Positions 54,394-64,000 of a stretch of 64,000 nucleotides of DNA are shown piece by piece. How positions within the stretch are numbered: the stretch's first letter is position 1; every line of letters starts with the position of its first letter. Where the stretch lies: assembly GCA_951406725.2 (NCBI GenBank), contig OX597821.1:63302001-63366000 (forward strand), read 5' to 3'. The position numbers and the translations under genes were made by a program. The DNA comes from Octopus vulgaris (lineage: Eukaryota). A model generated the notes under the pieces. The model saw only the letters and a program-made list of their open reading frames with translations, was not told where the DNA came from and made no database searches.

Positions 54394-54460
54394 CGACGGG
54401 TTTCTTTCAGTTTCCGTCTACCAAATCAGCTCACAAGTATTTGGTTGAACCAAGGTGCAA
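54095..54460 (-). mobile_element. SINE family A, 5'-truncated
   Basis: Reverse complement of the family A body and tail. Confidence 0.8.
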
Positions 54461-55599
54461 TGCTATATTTTCTCATATATTTATACACTTCACATGAATA
54501 TTTGTGTTATGTTATACTTTAAAATAACGGGACCAGGATGCTAATGAATATACGCAACGTCTCCTCTGCATGTCGTAAAAGGCAACTAAAATAGTTTGAG
54601 ACAGATATATCTCAGAGCCATCAAGTTCCTTACTACGGTGAAGTACCTCGAAAACCTATAAGGCACATCATACGAAATGGTTGGGAGATACCAGTGAAAA
54701 CCTTATCCGCCAAATGGAGTAAAATCCTTGAGGACAGATTGGTTTCGAGAGTATTGTCTGCGTGCTGCAAAATGTCATCCGGTAGGATTAGGGAGATTCT
54801 GTTCAAACTGAAGCCTGTATAGGTGGGGACCTGGAATATTCTTTTTTTGAAGGATGACTAACATCTTTCCTTCATGTTCTGAGATCTCGGCCGTTTTTGG
54901 TGGCCTGGTCATAGGTGTGTGGACAAGGGAGGGGCGAAATCTCAACCAGAGGTTTTCACCTCTACTGGCCTGGGCGTTCTGCTGGCCAGCATGTTGGGAG
55001 GTTTGTGTGTGTGTGTGTGTGGGGGGGGGGGGCATTCATCAGTTCAGTGGCCGACTGGCTGGTTCAATGGTAGTAGATGTAACACCTGTCCATAACTTTA
55101 TAATTCGGCTCAGAATTCGACATTCTCTCGGTGTCGTATTTGATTGTAGAGCGTGAGTTTACGACTGAAATTCAAGAGGCTGAAAATGCCTAATCCCTGA
55201 ACGCATGTTGGCAGACCCAAAGACAATAATATAAGCGAGACATATTCGCAGCAGCTTCGGTCTGTGCTATCTAGTGATGGTCCCTCGACTGGTTCTGCAC
55301 GAATGTGGCAAACTCATAGCGGCACCCGGCTGTTCGACTGCTAGTGTGTGAATTAGTTTTCAGACATAGGCCGCCAGGAAATGCATTTTTTCAAAGAGAC
55401 TCTTTGGTGGTCTGCAGTCACAGGGTGTAACTGGACAGAGTTCCTGGTGATATGCTTCGGGTGTTGAGATGTTGGGTAGTGAGAGGACTGAGGACTGACA
55501 AGGAAAAACAGGTTCGAGGAATATGTGAGGAGGGCGAGAGTAGATGAACGTCTGCGTCAGCTGACTACTTGGTCAATTGGTGGCTCGATCAAGTTCCAG

Positions 55600-56105
55600 T
55601 GCACTCATTGGTGAAACTATGATTACTGTGCTGGATTTGCTGATGATACACTTATTCTTGCCGAGTCTTTGGATGTCTTAAGTGTTCTCCGTTCACTAAG
55701 CGAAGGAGTGAACCCACTCGAACTTAGAATTTCTTAGGTCGTGAAGAAGATTTCGTTGGCTTCTTGGAGCACTCCATCTTGTCTGTCTCTGTTGCGAGTG
55801 AGAATGTCGAAGTTATTGTGCGAGTCCGAAGACCTAAAAAGACTTGGAAGCGCTAGTACAATTGTTCACTCTCTTGTCAGGGATATATCTGATCAGGAGA
55901 ACAAACGTTCTTGCTTTTAGGTTTCTGGCCGTCCCTTACTTGCTCCATCGTTGCGAAACTTGGATACTATCCCGTGCCCTTAGGAGTCGCGTGAAGTCCT
56001 TTGGTAAGAGGACACTTCGCATCATTACGGGTTACCAGTGGTCGGATTTGGTATCCAACCAAAGACTTAACTCGGAGCCCGGGATGCGTCCTGTAACTTC
56101 CAGTT
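55600..56105 (+). mobile_element. RTE-clade LINE RT/C-terminal relic
   Basis: FADDTLILAESLDVL, then RRTNVLAFRFLAVPYLLHRCETWIL...LRIITGYQWSDLVSNQRL. Confidence 0.8.
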
Positions 56106-56241
56106 GAGTATTGCACTCGGTGGTTGGTGTAGGTTGGCAATATATAGAAATCTGGTGTTGGATAAGATCGATAACGATCACCAAATTCGTTTAATAAAAC
56201 TGAAACTCGTGTTGCTAGCTTTGGTTACAAAAATGTCATTC

Positions 56242-56314
<73 letters not shown>

Positions 56315-56645
56315 ACTATTCTATAATTATAAACATAATTATAATTAGTGGTCAGCTAATTGCTTCACCACATACCGAATTTAGAAATAGGAGTTAAAAA
56401 TTCATTTTCTATACTACCGTAAGAATCTCCCAGACAGTAACACACTTTTTTTTATGTAGGCAAAGAGAAAAATAATGAATCAACACGATTCATTCAGCTA
56501 ATTATAATTATGTTTATAATTATAGAATATTTGTAAAATTTTACCTTTAAAGATTATTTTAACGTACCGATTTACTTGGTAAAATAATTAATTGATTGAT
56601 TAATTAATTTAAGAAATTGATTTTAACCATTAATTATTAATTTGA

Positions 56646-56706
<61 letters not shown>

Positions 56707-59700
56707 AGTGTGTGTGTGTGTGTGTGTGTATGTGTGTGTGTGTGTGTGTGCGTGTGTGTGTACAAGAAGGTAGCCCAAAGTAACCGAAAACGTTCTCTGG
56801 GGGACAAGCCCGTTGTAGTTCAGGTTTCTGCTGCTAGAAGTCACTTGATGCGACCCTCAGGCATCAGAACGGGCCAAACAAGTTTATCTGTTTGGGAAGA
56901 TATTTAGGCACGGGATTATACCATGGATAACTGCAAGAAATCAAAGGCAGTTCGAAATAAACTCTACAAACACCGAAATATTGCTGGGTGAGCCTACCTG
57001 AAGTACACACAAAGTACTGAAACTATATTGCTCGCACTGGTGCAGTGTTCGACAATTACTAATAGCTGGTTTCGCGTGTAGGATAAATCCAGTTATTTAG
57101 ACGAGTCCATCATGAAGATCACCCATTGCGCACTATATCAAGAGCGAGTACATGCAGTTCTTCTCTCAAATGTATATACCGAACAAAATTCTGTGGCAGA
57201 CGGGGCTGAATTGAATAAGGACAGATGCTTTCCTCTTCAGTCAAACAACCCACGCCAATTTTTAAAGTTCGCCTTTGATTTGAATGTGGAGAGAGAAATG
57301 ATTGTTCTCAAAGGAAGTCCTTTCTCCCAAAATCGTGTGTGACTGGCAAAACTAATTAAGGTGAATATCCTTGTTTTCCTTTTCTTATCACTACAATCGG
57401 TCACATCAGCTCATTTTGGCCTTCTTTAAGGGAAAAAGTCTTTATTTGTATTTCGTTTGTTATTTACAATTTTTTGTCATTAATTTTATATTATCTCTTA
57501 CACTGTATCTTTATAGAACTCTGATGGAAATTTTGTATTCGTTATTTTGTTACATGGGACTTTTCTTCCTTTAATTCATGATGAATATAGTCTACCTGTG
57601 TAACATTATGGATGCTGTATTCTAACTGCAGTATATATTTCTATCTACGCTTACCAGTTTATTTATCACTCAGTTCAGTTTTACATATATAACTATATTG
57701 TATTACTGGAAAAGTGTGTTGGTGTCTATTACTAATTTTTTGTTTAATAATATATATATTTTGTTCAGAATATTAATATAATTCACCTATAACATTTTTT
57801 GATAAGATTTTTATCTGTCTGCAAGTTCTACTCTAATCAAATTCATGGATTTATAAATACTTCTATATCTGTGTTTGTTCGAAATCTCTTATCTCTGCTC
57901 TCTTTTTTATGTCTACTAAGATATGAATGTTCTTAATTAATTTTCCTCTCTTTCTACGTTGCTTTTGTGCATTTATTTCCTAGTCTATATATCAAATCAA
58001 TTCCGCTTGGAAATACAAGTATAATATTGTATATTCTTTTGTTACTTATCGTCTGCAGTGTACAACATGATATTATTCATATAAAACAAAGCAAAAAAAT
58101 AAATGAATAATAATACGCGTGATAATCATCCCTAGCATTTATAGACAAATCAACTCTGAGGTAATATGATATCATTGTTGTTGTCTTCGATTTAGAGTTC
58201 GTAAATTGCTATCATATTTGGATGTCTTGAATTAGTTTCTTTCTTAGCACTCTCTTATGAAGCTGGCTAGCAATCCCTTCCGTTGATTTTGTGAAATATA
58301 CATACCTTCACGGCAAATTTTCAGACGTTTTAATAGCGATGTTGCGTATGGAAAACACATGACGCCACAAGTGAGGGAGATGTTTTCCCACAATGAAAAT
58401 AGGTATTTACCATTATCTTCTACAGTTAACATAGAATGTATGAACAATTATAGCAATGAAAACCACAATGACATTGTGTAGTAGTTTCCCGTGTCCACGG
58501 AAGGCAGCTCTACAATTTTTGCTTAATAACTAGAGACGATGATTTGTTTTTGTGATCAAATGTTCGTGTTGTACATTAGCTTACTCCCTCCTCATCAAAT
58601 TGATATTATCTGTATAGGTGCACTTAGTTGGTATTTAAATAATGCGTTTGTAGATAGTTGATGGGTGGATGTGGTGCTGATGAAAATATAATAACTCTTG
58701 AAACACGTATATACACCCATTACTATCGCATTGCATACATAGACGTATTCGTATACGAAATGTAACATGCAGAACAGGTTCTGAATTGTATAGAAAATTC
58801 ATAGAGATAATTTTAAAATATGATTGTGCGTTTGTGCGTGTGTGTATATGTATGCATGTATACATATATATGTAAGAATGTATATGTGTGTGTGTGCATG
58901 TGTGTGTATGTGTATGCATGTATGCATGAATGCAAGTATGTGTGGGACTATTGTTGGTTGCTAATTATTGTTTTATTCATATTTTGCAATTACTTTCATC
59001 CAACTATTGAAGACATATTTAATATGGAAGCAGGTAGGAGGCTAAAATATAATAGCTCAAGCGAAATAATTTTTTTTATTTGTATATCACGCACACACAA
59101 ACACACATATACACAAGTACAAAAGCACACAGAAAACACGTACAGTCCCGAACACACAAACATATTGTTAATAAGTCCTCCACCAAAAACTTATTTCCCA
59201 TTGAAATTACCCAAGGATATTTGACATGAAACGTATAATAATTAAAGTAGTAAATATTTTTCATATCTATTTCAGAAATGATTTCATTATTTTTTCTATC
59301 AGCCATCGTTTGCCACATAGTAGAGCAGATGTATGATCAAGGCTACTCTGCAATGAAATATTGTAATTTGAATGGTACTTGAACCATATTCGTTGATGTA
59401 TGTTTTTACGTTATGGTACGATAGACATTGAATAATAGAAGACATGATTTTTGTTCCAGCATCTCTAACGACTAAGAAGTTCCCTAGCTGTCTTGCGAAT
59501 TAAGTGTAAAAAAATGGTGCTTGTGTATTTAGTGTAAATAAATAAATAAGTTGTTTTGTATCATCATCTTACGAAACACGGTAATTTGATAGTGTCAGAA
59601 AGCTGGACAATATTTATCGGCATCTGTTCTAGTTATTTACATTCCAATCTAAAATCCCGCTAAGACCAAGCTTCCTTTTAATTCCACTATGGCGATAAAA

Positions 59701-60739
59701 TTAATTACGAGGTAGGTTGCTGCAACTGCTTGTTTGACTAATTTATTTATCTGACTGAATACTCTCAGTTCTTCCTTCTGTCTCATTATTCCTAAATTCT
59801 AACGCTTTATTTTGGAGAGTAAGAGTGACATCCAATAAGGCAACTGCAACTTGTGGAATAACAATAGCAAAAAGCAACATACGAATTAAATCAACTGCAG
59901 CATCTAGTATTACAAGGAACATTAAAAACATGAAAGCGAATTGCGAGAGTGAACCTGAATAATTAACAACCACAACAATAGCGAAAATGCTGATGTATGT
60001 TTAACAACAACAAATATGCTGACAGAAATACAATTCACTATTGGCCCATTGTATTCTTCATCCAGGAAACTTGATATCATCCGAAATAAGAGCTTTTTCA
60101 CTTGTACCAGCACTCCCATCGAAAACAAAAAGGTTTGCTACCACCATTACCTCTGCCATTTGCTAATCCTCCTATTACAAATGGAACAATGCCGTTTACT
60201 TCCGCCATTTAAACATATATTCAGCATTCTCTGGCAAATAAGGTAGAAATTTAGCTGAGGTAAAAAATAGTTTACGAGGCAGCAAATAACACAGGGAGAC
60301 AAAATTAAATATACTAACAAGGAGATGCGATATGCGTCTTGATAAAAGATGACTATGTTATAAACACCAATCCACGCCCCATATCTTCACTCCATCCACC
60401 CCATCCACACCCCACATCCAGATCCAACACACACACCACCACACCACTCCACACACTAGCATTGACCCCTTCCCATCACCCACACCACACACCATCATCT
60501 GCACACCCACACACCATCATCCGCACACCCATATATTACAGACCCACACACGTACACTCACATACATCCACACGTCAAAGCCACTAGCATCTAACCACAC
60601 ACACACTTAAACATTCTCACATACACACATACGAGCGCGCACCTTCGTTATGGGACCACTAGTACTTTATATATTCTCCCCTTCTTTCTAGCTCTCCTGT
60701 CAAAACCTTTTTATTTTCCCAACCAGCCGCCATGCTTGA

Positions 60740-60925
60740 TCGCTAAATCCACAAGTTCTTTTTTATTCTCTCTCCGTTTATGTTCTCTTATTCCTTTCTG
60801 TTGAAGAGCATAGGCTCGAAACGTAAAGTACTTTCTCAGTTTCCCGAGCGTCAAACTAACACACCAGCTTGTTCACACACCCGTCTTCGTCTTTTGTTTT
60901 TCTGTAAATTTCAACTATATATTGT
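60740..60925 (+). repeat. PLE pseudo-LTR with hammerhead motif at 60793-60828
   Basis: CCTTT-CTGTTGA-A-GAGC-ATAG-GCTC-GAAA-CGTA-AAG, upstream of the right PLE ORF. Confidence 0.7.
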
Positions 60926-61329
60926 ACGCTCACTTGGTCACACCACTTTTATCCTGCTTTAACCTCCTACACTTTGGACTTACTACTTCCTGAACTTCTG
61001 CACCTCTCATCATACCAGCACTCCATCCAGATATGCTTATGCACTCCATCCAGATATGCTTATGGATTTCATTGGACTTTTCCATTGATGAAAAATCAAC
61101 ACGACGTTTGAACATTTTTTAACCTTTTTGAACTTTCTATTTTTTCTTATTCTGTTTTTCCTTACACCGTACGTTGTTATTTTGTTTTTCTCTCTTCTTT
61201 TCTTTTCCTTTTCGTCTTCTCTTCTTTTCTTCTCTTTTTCTCCTATTTTTTCTTCTCGCGATTTTTGAAATTTTTGAACTCTCCTTTTTCCTTTATTTTT
61301 TCTCATTTTTCAAGCAAGCCCCATTACAA

Positions 61330-62640
61330 ATCTTTCATCCTCCACCTTCACACCACCTAAAGAAGTACCTTTCCACACTTCCTTTACGCTGCGTTCAACC
61401 TTGTATTAATCTTTCCCAACTGATTTTCAAAAAGACACGGTTCTTGAGCCACGTTTCCTTTCCCAGTCGCTCATCACCACCACCTCATCCTGAAAGGCTT
61501 GTGCCTCAATTTCTACCTCACTTTCCAGTCTGTTTCTGCTATCCAACCTATACGACCCCACTAATTCCTATCGCCTTATGTGTGCCACCATTCATTCTAA
61601 TTTCTCTAAAATACACTCCCTCAACCGCCTTCTCCCTCTCGCTTATCCCATCTTTATCTCCTCTCTTTCAACTTCATACGCTTCATAATTCATTTAAATC
61701 ATCTTAGCTCGCCCTAAACAACGTAAACTCCACTTTTTCATTCTGTTACACCCGATGCCATTACCTTACCCCTCCCTGATACACTTCCTCTCATCCTCAC
61801 CCCAACCTTTCGTTACTCCATCCCACGCATTTATGCTTCCTTTCTCTCCTCCCACCCTTCTCCTACCCCCACTACCCATCCCACATATAAGTCATCCACC
61901 CTTTCCACTTCAGTCTGTTGCTACTATTCTTCCTTATCTTCTCCTCTTTGAGGCAGAGCGCTCTCTTCTCAGTAAGGGTTTGTGCTTCATGGCCCTCACT
62001 CCATCCAGTAACGAATTTCAGACCTGTGCTGATATTCATAGCTTTATGCGCTGCGTCAGACTATATGCACTATTTCACAACACACCACCTGCTTCTAATG
62101 AAGAGGACCATCCCACTCGACGCCAGCTCCTGGCGAGTGCAGTTGATCCTTTTTGAAAGCATCTGCCAATGTATTGTGAACCGGTTTAACTTTCGCAGGC
62201 GTTCTCGACATTTCAGCATCTCTCCGGCCGAACACTCAGCCCTTCGATGGCTCCGACGCCGCAAAGACATCATCATAAAACCAGCCGACAAGGGTGGAGC
62301 TGTGGCGGTGTGGAGCGCAGACCTCTACATGGCTGAAGCTTTCTGCCAACTTCAAGACACCTCCTTCTATTGCCCTCTGCCTTCCAGTCACAGTTACCAA
62401 CAGATTGCATCATCCACTATCGATAACCCCATCGCCTCCTCCCGTCTCCCACCACCTCCAGCCTCATTGTACGCATTAGTATTTACTTCCTTTCCAAAAT
62501 CCACAAGCTCAACAGTCCTGGGCGCTCCATCGTCTCCGCCTATAACTGCCCCACAGAATTGATTTCGCAATACCTCAAACGTGTCCTTGCCCTCCTCCAC
62601 GTGGCTTCCCTCCCCTCCCACATCCATGACACTAACCATA
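61330..62640 (+). mobile_element. Degenerate Penelope-like element ORF (N-terminus plus RT start)
   Basis: LSQLIFKKTRFLSHVSF, EAERSLLSKGLCF, RRRKDIIIKPADKGGAVAVW and PKIHK. Homologous to 1-1319. Confidence 0.85.
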
Positions 62641-62673
62641 AGTACATACATGTACTTATGTATTATGTATGTA

Positions 62674-62738
<65 letters not shown>

Positions 62739-62884
62739 TACATAATACATAAGTACATGTATGTATATGCATGCATGTATAAACATACACACAGAAACGC
62801 AATCACATATATATACACGCGCTGACGCACACGCCCAAGCACACACGTACACAAACACACACACGCACACACAAATATATACAT

Positions 62885-62990
<106 letters not shown>

Positions 62991-63629
62991 TCATACACTG
63001 TGAATATACAATAGTGATTGTGTGCAGCCTTCACTACTTCATGTTGGTGAAGAATGTAATCGTCGGCAAGAAAACTATAAAACTTGCGTTGTTCTCAATA
63101 ATTCTTCTGCTGATAATTGTGCTTGTTACATTTACCTTTCTTCGCAAATTCTATAAATCAATGGCTGTCTGTACCGACGCGTCAAAATAGGATAAATGAA
63201 TGATGTCAATGTGTAATTTCAATGAAATTCAATTCACACCTTTAAAACATAATTTTGGAATGCTTGCTGTAATTCACGCGTCACATCAATTTAGAGTGAC
63301 GTTTTCCATACTCGTTCTCGAAGGAAAAAATATCGATTTATGCATGCCGATTCTAAATGTGGTATGCTATTTTGCATTAACCAACAAGAACAATATGTGT
63401 CACAAGAATAAATGAGATGCGATTGCATAGTTTTGTGTAGACTACGTTGCACTAATATCATGGGAGCGGAGACATGGTTTTTAAGCTTACTCAGCAGATA
63501 TGGAAACTGTTAAACGGAGTGTTGGCGGTTATGTCTCCCACACTGTCTCATAGGAACTACCCAAATTTTAGGTAGAAAATTTATAATACTTATATGCGGA
63601 GCAGTTCACAGATATTTAATTGCACTAAA

Positions 63630-63825
63630 TGACGGGTCGCTAGCCACTATACCTTTTTCTATTTTCTCTCCCTGTTTATTTCTGTGTTCCTTTCTGTCGA
63701 AGAGCGTTGGCGCGAAACGTAAAGGACTTTCTCACTTCCAGAGCGTTAAACTAATACATCGGTTTGTTGTCTACACACCCGTCTTCGTCTTGGGTTTTCG
63801 TTTTTTTGTAAATTCTCATCATATT
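63630..63825 (+). repeat. PLE pseudo-LTR with hammerhead motif at 63689-63725
   Basis: CCTTT-CTGTCGA-A-GAGC-GTTG-GCGC-GAAA-CGTA-AAGG. Direct repeat of 60740-60925. Confidence 0.7.
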
Positions 63826-64000
63826 ATATATGAAATATATTTCATATGACTACAATAAAAATACACTCTGGATCATCTCTTAAACAATTTTATCATAATT
63901 ATTGCCCACTCGAACTGAAATTCCCGATCCACATCAACGTACGTCAACTTGGGTTTTTAGTATAGCTGCAAGCCATAAATATTGATTTATTTCTGCAGTC

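Noticed and set aside
59743-60246. Hydrophobic short ORFs (also 11954-12178 and 62987-63415) resembling membrane proteins
   Set aside because: Short, no motif, and expected by chance in AT-rich DNA.
61017-61063. 23-bp tandem duplication in the PLE leader
   Set aside because: Ordinary slippage duplication with no further structure.

Overview
Eukaryotic, AT-rich, microsatellite-dense DNA with no confidently identifiable host gene. The SINE families and (TA)n/(TG)n load suggest an octopus/cephalopod genome (inference). Nearly all His/Thr/Tyr/Ile-rich ORFs in the track are microsatellite translations. The window is a stack of transposons: two Penelope-like (PLE) retroelements at the ends pointing outward; a young 5'-truncated CR1-group LINE with an intact ~720-codon RT ORF; a 6.9-kb Helitron with both termini; Tx1/L1, RTE, mariner and Tigger relics; a Merlin-like MITE carrying telomeric repeats; a long-TIR MITE family; and three tRNA-type SINE families. 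The most notable signals are structured RNAs. A 330-bp near-perfect palindrome (10753-11082) encodes a complete type I hammerhead ribozyme on each strand. Six minimal PLE hammerheads share an extra core A, and four have a non-canonical U at position 6. An 80-nt four-helix pseudoknot lies at 48762-48841. In addition, the main SINE shares its 3' tail with the CR1-group LINE, and a second SINE forms tandem multimers with one fixed junction.
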